Positions 20,610 through 30,349 of a stretch of DNA of 64,000 nucleotides are shown piece by piece. Position 1 is the stretch's first letter. Each line of letters begins with the position of its first letter. The DNA comes from a virus: the IMG/VR virus record IMGVR_UViG_3300017963_000011, positions 32,001-96,000 of that record; one strand, given 5' to 3'. A program made the position numbers and the translations under genes. Below the pieces are notes generated by a model, which worked only from the letters and a program-made list of their open reading frames with translations, ran no database searches and was not told the DNA's origin.

Positions 20610-21599
20610 ATGGGAAGGGATGGGGCAGTGGCCGATCAGATTAGAATTCTGGTCGTCGATAATGACGAAACATCTATCCAGTCTCTTCGAGACATGCTTG
20701 GTGAATATGATTTCGAGGTCGAGGACGTTCGGGATTCTCGCAAAGTCCTAGATCATCTTCGACAAACCAATGACTATTCTCTTCTCATTCTTGACATCAA
20801 CATGCCTCACAAGGATGGCGTGACGCTGGCGTCTCAGGTCAGAAATACTCTTCACTACGACACGCCTATCTTGTTCGTATCGGCTGATATCAGCAAGACC
20901 AACCTATCGCGCATTCGTAGAATGAGTCTCGGTGGCCACACCGTAGAGTTTCTGAAGAAGGGTAGCTTCAATTCAGAGATCCTCTTCAACGTAGCTATGG
21001 CCTTGATCAAGGAACGCATCTCCACAAACAACGTTTCTGAGATCAAAGGACGCGTTTCCAAGATGCAGAAATCCCAGGATGAGATCAAAGAAACAATATC
21101 TGATTTCATCCTGAAGCTGGAAGACAAGCCACTCGTGTCCATTGATCATTGCAAGGCTCAATCCGAGGAACTTGTGAAGTCCCTTCGCAAGGAGGTCATT
21201 GGCATCACCCTCGGGGAAGCTAGTAAGAAACTAGATGAGGCACTGAAGCCTGAGCCTCTCGCTGTGAGGATTGGCGCCGCGCTCACGGAGAAGCCCCAAG
21301 CTATCGAGCCTGCTCTTGAACCAAATCTCATGTTTGCAAAGACACGCCAAGCCGCCGCATGGAAGATGGCCGTCTATTTCTTGCTCGTTATCTTTGCTGG
21401 GCTCTGCATTTTCTGGGGAAACATGTGGACCAAAGCTGATCATGCCGACGATGGGGTTCGTAAGCTAGAGATCCAGCAAAAGCAAGTTATCGATACGATG
21501 CAACAACAAACGACTGCGATGAAATCTCATTTCAGGCGTCTTCAGAAAATGTTCAAGTCCAACCCAAGCATGTGGGTTACAACCAAAACGCACCCGTAA
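20610..21599 (+). CDS. Response-regulator receiver domain fused to coiled coil, one TM helix and a C-terminal coil
   Basis: ILVVDND, LLILDINMPHKDG (phospho-acceptor Asp), PILFVSA, FLKK; TM segment MAVYFLLVIFAGLCIFW. Confidence 0.8.
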   Translation: MGRDGAVADQIRILVVDNDETSIQSLRDMLGEYDFEVEDVRDSRKVLDHLRQTNDYSLLILDINMPHKDGVTLASQVRNTLHYDTPILFVSADISKTNLSRIRRMSLGGHTVEFLKKGSFNSEILFNVAMALIKERISTNNVSEIKGRVSKMQKSQDEIKETISDFILKLEDKPLVSIDHCKAQSEELVKSLRKEVIGITLGEASKKLDEALKPEPLAVRIGAALTEKPQAIEPALEPNLMFAKTRQAAAWKMAVYFLLVIFAGLCIFWGNMWTKADHADDGVRKLEIQQKQVIDTMQQQTTAMKSHFRRLQKMFKSNPSMWVTTKTHP

Positions 21600-21608
21600 G
21601 GAGGTAGC

Positions 21609-22103
21609 ATGGCACTGGTGACGAAGAACGATATCAGGAGTACGGAGACCCATTCATACGCATTGAAAGGGCTCGGTGAAATCCGATACGTCGATCTCCC
21701 CCGTGGCTACATCAAGATCATCAACGACTTCCCACAGAAGTGCCTCATCAGAGAGACCTTTCCCATCATCGGCACGAAGTACGTCCACAAGGTGATGGCT
21801 CCAATGCTGATGAAGGTGATGGAGTTCATCCGCCACAAGGTCGAGTACGATGCGGAATGGGAGTACATCCTTCACGGGAGCATCTTCAATCCGAGGCACA
21901 TGTGGTATCACAAGAACAAGCCGATCTCGATGCATGCTTTCGCGGCTGCGGTCGACATCAATCCATGGGAGAACCAGCCCGGAACGCCCGGCACCATCCC
22001 CCAACATATCATCCACCTGTTCGAGTCCAATGGTTTCAAGTGGCTCGGGCACATGGATCGACCCGACCCGATGCACTTCGAGGTGGACATCGATAAGCTC
22101 TAA
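21609..22103 (+). CDS. M15-family peptidase endolysin
   Basis: NPR...SMHAFAAAVDINP...GFKWLG...DPMHFE zinc-peptidase motifs. Confidence 0.85.
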   Translation: MALVTKNDIRSTETHSYALKGLGEIRYVDLPRGYIKIINDFPQKCLIRETFPIIGTKYVHKVMAPMLMKVMEFIRHKVEYDAEWEYILHGSIFNPRHMWYHKNKPISMHAFAAAVDINPWENQPGTPGTIPQHIIHLFESNGFKWLGHMDRPDPMHFEVDIDKL

Positions 22104-22125
22104 ATCAAAAGTTCCAACATTTATC

Positions 22126-22154
22126 TTGCAACATCCTCCGGGGTGTTGTATCTT
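22126..22154 (+). promoter_or_regulatory. Sigma70-like promoter with an internal inverted repeat
   Basis: TTGCAA-N17-TATCTT; overlapping inverted repeat CAACATCC...GGGTGTTG. Confidence 0.45.
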
Positions 22155-22176
22155 TTACGGCAGAAAGGGGGTGAGC

Positions 22177-22563
22177 ATGGCAGAGGAGAAAAAGTACAGT
22201 CCGTGGGAGAGCGTGATCTGGCATTTTCGTTCTCGGAAATCCAGGCTTGCCATGGCAGCGGTGATCGCGATAATCCTTGCCAACAGTAAGTGGGTTCAGA
22301 GCAAACTCAGCCTCGATCCCTCCACCATCCCGGCACTGTCCCAGAACATCGTGATCTGTCTCGGCATCATCATCGCTGCCGTCTCAGGAGAGAAGATCAT
22401 GATGAACGGTAACGGAAATGGGAAGACGCCCGATCCCAAAGAGGGAGTCACACTCAGCGTGGAATCCGTTGTCGACTTGAAGCTCAAGGAGAAGTTACAC
22501 GAGGAACTCGAAAAGGGCCTCGACAAACTGACTGACAAGATCAAGGAGAAACTCAACAAATGA
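22177..22563 (+). CDS. Putative holin (two TM helices)
   Basis: SRK motif followed by two hydrophobic segments and a charged tail; next to the endolysin. Confidence 0.6.
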   Translation: MAEEKKYSPWESVIWHFRSRKSRLAMAAVIAIILANSKWVQSKLSLDPSTIPALSQNIVICLGIIIAAVSGEKIMMNGNGNGKTPDPKEGVTLSVESVVDLKLKEKLHEELEKGLDKLTDKIKEKLNK

Positions 22564-22943
22564 TGACCCTGAAGGCCGCAGAAAAGAAGGGCTACGTTCC
22601 GACCAAGATCCAGATCGAGGTGCTCATGCACCCCGAGACAGGCAACATCCTCTATCCCTGCGACGGCTGCGTGACCAAGGCGTATGACACCTACGCCATC
22701 ATCTCCGACCCCCTCTACAACGACGACGGCAAGAAGGAAGACAAGGTGGTCAACCTCGTCTGCAAGAAGCACAAGAAGCGCTACCAGAAACCCTCGGCTC
22801 CGACGTTCGAGGGCATGGTTCGCCTCAACCTTCAGATGCTCGTCGGCAAGAAGTGGGAGAAGATCTCCCAGGCCATGGTCAAGCGCATGCGCAAAAGCCA
22901 GGGCTGGTTCGACTGGCTCTACCCGGAGGACGACGACGAATGA
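22560..22943 (+). CDS. Hypothetical protein (CxxC...CxxH)
   Basis: Coupled ORF with good codon bias. Confidence 0.55.
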   Translation: MMTLKAAEKKGYVPTKIQIEVLMHPETGNILYPCDGCVTKAYDTYAIISDPLYNDDGKKEDKVVNLVCKKHKKRYQKPSAPTFEGMVRLNLQMLVGKKWEKISQAMVKRMRKSQGWFDWLYPEDDDE

Positions 22944-22979
22944 CTGGCCAGATTTGAGATCAAGGTCAGGTTCTAGGAA

Positions 22980-23008
22980 GCCGGGGCGCAAGGCCCCGGC
23001 TCTTTCTT
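22980..23008. terminator. Terminator between the convergent gene blocks
   Basis: GCCGGGGC-GCAAG-GCCCCGGC followed by TCTTTCTT. Confidence 0.7.
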
Positions 23009-23615
23009 ATCCCATCTTCTTTTGGATTTCTGCGATCTCAGCCGCGACTTGTTGGTCGCTCTTAGCAGCTTTGGCCTTGAAGATCTCAGATGGGCTCATC
23101 GGTTCGCCACACTCGCCTACGACTACGCACTTGGCGTAGTACATCTTAGCCTGCTTCGAGATGTGTTCGAGGTTGGTCTCATACATGTCCTGGATCTTCT
23201 TCCAACCATCGTAATCCATACCGAGAATGTGGCAGTATTCTAGCATGGGTATGTGCTCTTGTGTGAGCTTGTTCATCGCTTTGACGAAGTTGCCCAGGAC
23301 TTCTATGAAACGCATGATCGACTTGACGGTGAAACGCTCGGCGGCCAGTGTAATCTTGGCGTCATCCGTGATGCGCAGATTGCACTTGACGCACTTGAGC
23401 TTGCCCTTCTTGATCTGTTCATCGGTGTATGTTCTAGGCTTGTAGCCACGGTGGTAGATCAATGCTCCCACGAGCAGACGCCCTTTCTCGGGCTTCTTGG
23501 CGTAGCAGAAGGCTTCCTCTTTACATTGGCTGCATTCGGCATAGAACTTCATGCGTTTCATCATCTGTTCTGCAATTTGTTGGACTTGGGGACCGAGGTT
23601 GGGAGGAATTGCCAT
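23007..23615 (-). CDS. Hypothetical zinc-binding protein
   Basis: CSQC and CVKC motifs. Confidence 0.55.
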   Translation of the reverse strand: MAIPPNLGPQVQQIAEQMMKRMKFYAECSQCKEEAFCYAKKPEKGRLLVGALIYHRGYKPRTYTDEQIKKGKLKCVKCNLRITDDAKITLAAERFTVKSIMRFIEVLGNFVKAMNKLTQEHIPMLEYCHILGMDYDGWKKIQDMYETNLEHISKQAKMYYAKCVVVGECGEPMSPSEIFKAKAAKSDQQVAAEIAEIQKKMG

Positions 23616-23622
23616 GGTAGCG

Positions 23623-24633
23623 CTACCACTCTTTCAGTAGTGAGTCCCAATCACTTGAGGCTCGTCTCTTGTTTACGATATGGACGGAATTCTTGACACA
23701 GCGCAAGAATTCTTGCGCTGTTTTCAGATCATCGGCATCTTTGCCATCCGGGAAGATTATTCTTGTGATACTCTCGACTTCCCCCGAGAGTTCTTTGATC
23801 ATATCCGCAGCACCATCGTTACCTGCCTCGTCGTTATCGAGGGCTATGAAGACGCTGCTCCAGTTCTCTAGGATAAGAGCAAGGTGGTCGTCCGACGCCA
23901 CTGCTCCGAAAATGGCAATGGCCGACTTGAAACCGAATACCGAAAGACGGATGACATCGAGAGGGCCTTCGCAGACAATAACGTATGGAGATCCTTTTGC
24001 GCGGTCGAAGTTGTATAGGATGCGGTTGCGGGGCAGACCCGGCTGGTGATCCCACTTGCCCAGATACGCTTCCTTTCGTATGTCTCGGGCTGTAAAGCCT
24101 CTAAGCTCTCCATCAAAGTGAACAGGAAAGAAAACGTAATCCGGCCGAGTTCGATCGTAGGAGACGCCAAAGGGACGAAGATCTTTGTTTCGATAACGTC
24201 GAGTTTTGGGCCACGGATGATTCCTCGGCATGGGCTCCAGTGTTCGCGGCCACTCGAAAACGGGAAGGGGTCCATCATCATCCTCTTCTGATACGTCAGG
24301 AATGTTCTTGATAATCTGAGCCCACGAGAGTTGCTCTTTTTGGAAATTGGCTAGGATCTCCAGAGCATGTTCTCGTGAACAGTCAATGCCAGTGAGCTTC
24401 TTCTCCATCAACTGAATGAACCGTATGAATTTGCCACCACCGCACTTCGGCTTGCCTCTCTCTTTAGCAAAACATTTCCATTTGCCATTGTGGCGATTGA
24501 TCGAGAAGTTGAGGGGCGTCTTGCCACTACTCTCATGGAGGGGACACTTGCAGTAGATGTTCTTGTTTGACGTGTTGTCCTTGAGGACGTCAACGAAGTA
24601 ATGATCGAGGATCTCACGTACAGGCTGGCTCAT
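23623..24633 (-). CDS. dnaG: DNA primase (zinc finger plus TOPRIM)
   Basis: CPLH...WKCF zinc domain; CEGPLD; IALDNDEAG; KDADD. Confidence 0.9.
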   Translation of the reverse strand: MSQPVREILDHYFVDVLKDNTSNKNIYCKCPLHESSGKTPLNFSINRHNGKWKCFAKERGKPKCGGGKFIRFIQLMEKKLTGIDCSREHALEILANFQKEQLSWAQIIKNIPDVSEEDDDGPLPVFEWPRTLEPMPRNHPWPKTRRYRNKDLRPFGVSYDRTRPDYVFFPVHFDGELRGFTARDIRKEAYLGKWDHQPGLPRNRILYNFDRAKGSPYVIVCEGPLDVIRLSVFGFKSAIAIFGAVASDDHLALILENWSSVFIALDNDEAGNDGAADMIKELSGEVESITRIIFPDGKDADDLKTAQEFLRCVKNSVHIVNKRRASSDWDSLLKEW

Positions 24634-25253
24634 CTCCAGTCCTTCCTCAGATCGGATTTCTTTATTTCATTCGGCTTCTTGAACTTGCGCTTCAAGCCAC
24701 GGCGCACAAGAGCCGGATAGATGTTCCAGTAGATGCCTGGACGCTCCTCTGCTTGTATTAGCTGGGCGTATGTGGCATCGCTTGTCATGATCTCGTCCAG
24801 TTTAGCACAGAAGTCTTTCCCACTGTACTCGTAAAGCCTGGCAATCTCTGTACGCTTCCAGGGGCGGCACACTAGATCGAATGCAGTGCCAAATACGAGG
24901 AAGACGTCCTGGCAGCAGTAGGGCTTCAGTAGCGTGGCTTTCCATCTGGAGATCTTCCACCCGCTCGGTGGTAGTTGCCCTATACGCTTGCAAGCCCTGT
25001 TGATCACGTCGTTCTTGCCGCGTAAGCCAGAGCCAAGTTCTTCGCGCAGGGAGATGTACAGATCGTAAGACAAGAGTTGTGGCAAGCTCAGGTAGATCCT
25101 GGCAGTTGTATGATGGTCACGTCTGAACTCCCGGCCAAGGTTTACCCACTCAAGGCCGGGCATCTTGCGTATCGTCTCGCCAACGTTCTTAGACCAGAGT
25201 GCTTGATCGTGCCAGAAGAACGCGACGAGATGTCTTGAAAAATAATGGATCAC
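24630..25253 (-). CDS. Hypothetical protein
   Basis: ATGA overlaps with both neighbours. Confidence 0.55.
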   Translation of the reverse strand: MIHYFSRHLVAFFWHDQALWSKNVGETIRKMPGLEWVNLGREFRRDHHTTARIYLSLPQLLSYDLYISLREELGSGLRGKNDVINRACKRIGQLPPSGWKISRWKATLLKPYCCQDVFLVFGTAFDLVCRPWKRTEIARLYEYSGKDFCAKLDEIMTSDATYAQLIQAEERPGIYWNIYPALVRRGLKRKFKKPNEIKKSDLRKDWR

Positions 25254-25591
25254 ATCTCGCCGTTCAGACGTCTAATGAAGTGTGGGTTAACCTCACAAGA
25301 GATGAAGGTCTTCTTGCCCTTCATGCCCGCGAAGAGGCCAGTCTTGGTCCCTTGGCGGGCTCTCTTTTTGAGCCTGATAGTGCAGAAACCACGGAACCAC
25401 ATGTAGCCCTTGTTGCCAACACACTTGGACATCGCCCGGATGATGGCCGAAGCGATCAGTCTGTGATTGAGCGTACTGATTGAGATGTCCTTGATGATCC
25501 CCTTCCGGCTCAGTGTTCGTAGGATCTCGGCGTAATCCTCGACACCGAAGAAGTTCTTACTCGTTCCCGTTATTCTCTTGAACCCTGGCAC
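25250..25591 (-). CDS. HU/IHF-like DNA-binding protein
   Basis: FRGFCTIRLKKRARQG resembles the HU beta-arm motif. Confidence 0.55.
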   Translation of the reverse strand: MPGFKRITGTSKNFFGVEDYAEILRTLSRKGIIKDISISTLNHRLIASAIIRAMSKCVGNKGYMWFRGFCTIRLKKRARQGTKTGLFAGMKGKKTFISCEVNPHFIRRLNGEM

Positions 25592-26300
25592 GTGTCACAT
25601 CTCCTTCTAGTGTAAACCTGATTGCGAGGCCAGCGCGGGCTGCGTATTCGTCCTCGTTAGTCACCATGATGAGTTGAATATCGAACTCGTCTACTATCTT
25701 ATGCAGCAGATCCATGAAGTAGTCACGTCGATCTGGAGAAAGATTGGTTACTGGCTCGTCAGCAAACAAGATACGATCTGGATCGGTCGGGTGGTTCACG
25801 AGCAAGATGATGCGAAGAATGAAGAATGCCACATCGGCTGCTCCACCACCAGTACATTCGAGGATGGGTTGCTCGATGGTAGCGCTACCATACTGACGAG
25901 TGACTGTGAAATAGGTTTCTAGTTGGTTCCTTTTCTCTATGGTCTTAATGTTGAAAGATACGATGTTGTCGTTGACCAGTTTCTGCAAGATGTCTGTGAT
26001 GACAGCCTGGATCGCCTTTGTTGGATCGTGTTCGAGAAGATAGTCAGATGTTGCTACGAGTAGCTTGTGAACGTTCTCCTCGATCTTGAGCGTCACCTTC
26101 TTTTCTTTTATAGTCCCTTGGATCTTTTTGGATTGCTCGATCAAGAGCGCAGCGTTGGCCGCTCTCGCGAGTTGCTCCCGCGACACCTTCTTCGAGATCT
26201 CTCTGGCGAACTTGCGCTGCTCGGCCGCCGTCTTGGTTCCGAGCTTGGAGTCCTGTAACTGATACAAGACCGTTTTCATTTGTATCAAGTCAGCGATCAT
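25557..26300 (-). CDS. SbcC/Rad50-like ATPase, C-terminal half
   Basis: Coiled coil, then signature-like TGGG, Walker B ILFADEP, IMVTN. Confidence 0.75.
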   Translation of the reverse strand: MIADLIQMKTVLYQLQDSKLGTKTAAEQRKFAREISKKVSREQLARAANAALLIEQSKKIQGTIKEKKVTLKIEENVHKLLVATSDYLLEHDPTKAIQAVITDILQKLVNDNIVSFNIKTIEKRNQLETYFTVTRQYGSATIEQPILECTGGGAADVAFFILRIILLVNHPTDPDRILFADEPVTNLSPDRRDYFMDLLHKIVDEFDIQLIMVTNEDEYAARAGLAIRFTLEGDVTRARVQENNGNE

Positions 26301-26692
26301 ACGTCGACTTCCTCGTTGAGGATCTTGTAAACCATGCGAGACGCCCGAAAGTAGCCTTGCTGGTACGGATCTTGGAATTCTTCCGGGCCTTCTGGCATGT
26401 GTATGCCTTCTACCCATCTGAAGAGGCGAGCGATGGTTTCGTACTTGGCCTGATTCATCAAGGCCATGATGATTGCCCAATCCTTGAGCATCCCACATGT
26501 TTCCATGCTGTCTGCGGCTTTTCTAGCCTCGATTACGTCGGCCGGCGGTTTGTAATACACTTCAAGCGTGTCAATGACGGCTTTGAGATGTCTCGCCTCA
26601 ATCTCTATGTCATAGGTAAAGCCTTCAGTGTGCTCCGCTAGTGCCTGCTTGATCGCATCAATGGCTTCTCCAAACTCTTTCTCTTTGTTCAT
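26297..26692 (-). CDS. Hypothetical protein
   Basis: Coupled ORF. Confidence 0.55.
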   Translation of the reverse strand: MNKEKEFGEAIDAIKQALAEHTEGFTYDIEIEARHLKAVIDTLEVYYKPPADVIEARKAADSMETCGMLKDWAIIMALMNQAKYETIARLFRWVEGIHMPEGPEEFQDPYQQGYFRASRMVYKILNEEVDV

Positions 26693-26973
26693 TCTTCACC
26701 TTCCAGCTTGTCCAGAGCAGCCTCAACCTCGGAGATCTTCTTGTCCAAAGCCTTGTTGAGCTTCTTCTTACGAATGACGATGTGCTTCTTCAACTTGTCA
26801 TGATCTTCCGGTTTCTTCACACCAAGCTCGCGTAGGCGCTCATAGCAACCCTCTCGCTCCTTGGCGAGAGCCTTTAACTGACCATCAAGTTCGGCACAGC
26901 CCTTGGCCAGCTTGTCGACCTTCTCTGTCAGGTCGTTGAACTTGTCTCTCAGCGTCGGAGTCTCTTCAGACAT
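26689..26973 (-). CDS. Small coiled-coil protein
   Basis: Heptad pattern; lies between the sbcD-like and sbcC-C-like genes. Confidence 0.55.
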   Translation of the reverse strand: MSEETPTLRDKFNDLTEKVDKLAKGCAELDGQLKALAKEREGCYERLRELGVKKPEDHDKLKKHIVIRKKKLNKALDKKISEVEAALDKLEGEE

Positions 26974-27830
26974 AGTTCCACCTCGATCTCACTGTATGTT
27001 GAATTCTTGGCCAGAGTTCTCACCACATCCTCGATACGGAACGCGCCCATCTCCTTCGATAGCGACTTGAGTGCCGATACCGCGTCATCGAGTCTTTGCT
27101 GGCGCACCACATCTTTCTGGCTTGCCTTCTCAGGTACGGAAATGACATCCTCGGCAGGCTTTGCTGACTGAAGGGCTCTGAAGTAGGCATCGACTTCTCC
27201 TCGCTTGGAGATCTCGATAATTGCAACGCTTGGAACTTTGCAAATGTCCTCGCTGGATCTTCCGATACGGGCAATAGCCCCAGGTGCGACAAAGTGAACT
27301 CTCTTACCACCTCTTGTTTTGATGACGTGATAACCTTGACCTGGATGATAATCGCTGACGAGGAAGATGTCGCCTGGGCCTTCGTAGTCGGTCCAAAGGT
27401 GATGGGGCCACATGACTGGTTTTCTGACGAATTGCTCATGGCGACTGTGTACCTTCATCCCGTTGACAGGTATCAATAGATAGCCCTCATGGAGTATGAT
27501 CAAGTTCATCTCCATGAGGGTCTTGAGAGCAGATTTCTCTCGCCAGTCTTCCCAGCGCCCACGCCATTCGTGGTTTCCGAGAACAACGTGAATAGGCAAT
27601 AGGCGTTTTGGAATTTTATCGAAGAACTCCAGTACCCGATTGAGGAGATACACAGACTGGTGGGCTTGATCGAAGAAGTCGCCACCATGGATGATGTAGT
27701 CGACTGACAACTCAGTGGCGATCTCGGCTACCTCAATCAGTTTGAGCATCAACGAATCAAGGTAGTTGTCGATCCGCGAAACCGGGTTCTTCTCCTTGAG
27801 ATGAGTGTCTGTTAGGTAGAGGATCTTCAT
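26949..27830 (-). CDS. sbcD: SbcD/Mre11-like metallophosphoesterase nuclease
   Basis: LTDTH, HGGDFFD, LGNHE, SDYH, APGAIAR. Confidence 0.85.
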   Translation of the reverse strand: MKILYLTDTHLKEKNPVSRIDNYLDSLMLKLIEVAEIATELSVDYIIHGGDFFDQAHQSVYLLNRVLEFFDKIPKRLLPIHVVLGNHEWRGRWEDWREKSALKTLMEMNLIILHEGYLLIPVNGMKVHSRHEQFVRKPVMWPHHLWTDYEGPGDIFLVSDYHPGQGYHVIKTRGGKRVHFVAPGAIARIGRSSEDICKVPSVAIIEISKRGEVDAYFRALQSAKPAEDVISVPEKASQKDVVRQQRLDDAVSALKSLSKEMGAFRIEDVVRTLAKNSTYSEIEVELCLKRLRR

Positions 27831-28387
27831 AGCGCGTCCACCCAACAGAACTTTTCTGCCAAGTCTGGATAGCGCTCGTCTATTGGTACTTTACGTTTGT
27901 CACCTGGAGTGCGCTTCAGCACCAACAAACCATGATGTTTGGCTGAGTCCTCTGGATCGAGCGCTGCGAACCCTTCCAAGTTCTCCCTGAACGGAGGGTA
28001 GAGGATGGCATTTTGACCGACACGAGTTAGTACAGCATAGACTACCTCGCGACTGATGTGGATGAACGTAGCCTGCAAACCTATACCAGTGCCAGCGTTG
28101 ATACGCTTGCCCATTGTGAGTTGATGGTCCTCTAGCTGTTTGTCGAAATGAATGGCGAAACCCTTGCGCTTGGGAATCTTCTTGGTTGGGATGTATTTTG
28201 CTTCGATGCCAAGAAAGCTAGAGGCCAAGAGAGTGTTGTCTACGCAGTAGACGTAATCCGGCATTCCCTTCTTTTGGAAGATGCTGCCATGGATCTTGGT
28301 GCCGATCGCTATGAATTCTCGGTACACCCACATCAACGCCGCATGGAATTGGCCGGCGTATTCGTTTTCCTTTTTCTTTTTACTCAT
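27827..28387 (-). CDS. PD-(D/E)xK nuclease / Holliday junction resolvase-like
   Basis: KIHGS..KKGMPD...GIEAK. Confidence 0.7.
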   Translation of the reverse strand: MSKKKKENEYAGQFHAALMWVYREFIAIGTKIHGSIFQKKGMPDYVYCVDNTLLASSFLGIEAKYIPTKKIPKRKGFAIHFDKQLEDHQLTMGKRINAGTGIGLQATFIHISREVVYAVLTRVGQNAILYPPFRENLEGFAALDPEDSAKHHGLLVLKRTPGDKRKVPIDERYPDLAEKFCWVDAL

Positions 28388-29909
28388 CGAAGAAGTCATC
28401 CTCCTCGTCTTCATCTTCACTGTCATCTACCAGATCGTCTTGAGGCTCTGATCTCTTGAACTCCGAGAAACCCATCTTCCAGAGTTCCTTGCGGAGATAG
28501 AAGTCGCGTGGTTGAAAGTACCTGCCCTTGACGCATTGAAGCCTGAGTAGTTGATCTGAAAGAGGCAGAAGGCCCCACATGCCGTCGAGATTGTCCATGA
28601 TTTTATCGGCATCTCTCAGGTGCTTGGCCGTGAGTCGCTTGACACCCTCGGCCGATCGGTTCAACTGGAGCGCGGAGAGGATCGGTATTTCACGGGCTCT
28701 GGCAAAACCGTGTAACTGTTCGGCGAGTTGACCCCAATACAGATCGGGCCTTTGAACGTTCGGGGGTACGTAGAGTAGGTTGAAGTAGTCAATGATAACA
28801 AGGACATCTTTCCTACCATGCTTGGCAAGGAAGTTGTCAACCATTCGGAAGATGGTTGTGAGCTTTGTCTGGAGCGGGATGTCGACGATTTGATAGTTCT
28901 CGTTGTCTTCGATCGTATTGATCCAAGCATCGACACCCTCCTGTACTTGAGCAATCGTCTCGTCTGAGACTTGCTTGGTCATTAAAGCCTCGAAGCTCAC
29001 GCCACAAAGATAGGCCATAATGCGATAGCGAAGTTCTTCAAGGACTGGCATTTCAAGATTGAACTCCAGCACGAGATGGCCTGCCGTAGCAGCCACGTTA
29101 CCGCACTGGAGAAGTAGTGCAGACTTACCTATACCAGAACGGGAGGCGAACATGTAGAGGCGTTTGTCCATCCACCCGCCGATATTCTCTGTGAGTTTGG
29201 GAAAGGGAGTAGGCAATCCTTTGACGATGCGGTTGCCATCCTCATCGACGTCTAGCTTGTCAATGCGGAGCTGCTCAACGCCATCTGGGAGGATCTCCGT
29301 GACGTTATAGATACGCACAGAGGTGCCCATCGTATCGAGCTTGATCTGCTCGGTCTTGGTTGCAACATGGTCTAGGGTGAAGATGCTACGATCTCGTTCA
29401 CCCGACTTGATCATGAGCTTGCACTCTTCTTTGTAATCGCAAGTGCGGCACTTCTCTTCCTTCTTGTCATAGTTGCCCATGCATCTAAGGGTATAGAAGG
29501 CCGCCATCTCCCGAGTCAGCACCTTGTGTCTGAACTCCCGATACTCGAAGATGAGATCGTCAAGCCGTTCTTTCCACTCCCCTAGCTTGATCTTCCTGTG
29601 CTTGCGTAGCTCGTTCCACTTCTTCTTGTAAGATGCGATCCTGGCACGGCCTGCCCGTCTAGTTAGGAGCATCTTCTTCACATAGGAGAACGTCACAAGC
29701 TCCGCATGTTTCTCGTAGTATTCTAGCGCGCAGTGTGCAATGAAGATGTTTTCTTTCTTGCCATGCGTCATCTCCGTGCGCTCCGAGAACTCATAGAAGA
29801 GATCCTCGCTATAATCTGCACGGGCATAGTGCTCGACGGCCTTTGTATTGCTAACTAATCCAGCAACCACGAGCGTATGCGTGTCTGGCGCCTTCGAAGC
29901 CATACTCAC
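28380..29909 (-). CDS. dnaB: Replicative DnaB-like helicase
   Basis: ASRSGIGKS, FNLEMP, IIDYFNL, SALQLNR, KGRY. Confidence 0.9.
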   Translation of the reverse strand: MSMASKAPDTHTLVVAGLVSNTKAVEHYARADYSEDLFYEFSERTEMTHGKKENIFIAHCALEYYEKHAELVTFSYVKKMLLTRRAGRARIASYKKKWNELRKHRKIKLGEWKERLDDLIFEYREFRHKVLTREMAAFYTLRCMGNYDKKEEKCRTCDYKEECKLMIKSGERDRSIFTLDHVATKTEQIKLDTMGTSVRIYNVTEILPDGVEQLRIDKLDVDEDGNRIVKGLPTPFPKLTENIGGWMDKRLYMFASRSGIGKSALLLQCGNVAATAGHLVLEFNLEMPVLEELRYRIMAYLCGVSFEALMTKQVSDETIAQVQEGVDAWINTIEDNENYQIVDIPLQTKLTTIFRMVDNFLAKHGRKDVLVIIDYFNLLYVPPNVQRPDLYWGQLAEQLHGFARAREIPILSALQLNRSAEGVKRLTAKHLRDADKIMDNLDGMWGLLPLSDQLLRLQCVKGRYFQPRDFYLRKELWKMGFSEFKRSEPQDDLVDDSEDEDEEDDFFDE

Positions 29910-30349
29910 ACCGTTTCATACTCGATCGTGACAAAGCAAAAATAGATCAGTTCTTCTTCCTCATTCTTGAAGAATTCCAGGCGTGTGAGCCTGACCTCCA
30001 GAATGAGTTTGTGTTTCACCAGGACATTCACGATGTCCTTGAGCTTGGCTTTCTTCTTGCCTTTGCCAAGAGTTGTCTTGGCTGGTACGTAGCCGATGTT
30101 GAGCCACCCTCTGGAACCAGAGTAGACGTCGATCGCCACAGCCTTGTCATCGTGTTCGTTCTCTGGTTCAAGCCTGAGTCTTGTTCTGATCGATGCCAGC
30201 CCTTGCTTATATTTCAGGCGAGACAAGGCGTCCTTGAGCTTTCCCCCGGCTCTCTTCTTGAGAACCCTCCGTAGCTTCTTCAGGATAGCCTGACGGCCAT
30301 CCATTGTGACGCCGGCAACCCTGAATGTATAGACTTGTTCCATCCTCAC
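29906..30349 (-). CDS. HIRAN domain protein
   Basis: FRVAGVT...EPENEHDDKAVAI...IGYVP. Confidence 0.85.
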   Translation of the reverse strand: MRMEQVYTFRVAGVTMDGRQAILKKLRRVLKKRAGGKLKDALSRLKYKQGLASIRTRLRLEPENEHDDKAVAIDVYSGSRGWLNIGYVPAKTTLGKGKKKAKLKDIVNVLVKHKLILEVRLTRLEFFKNEEEELIYFCFVTIEYETV

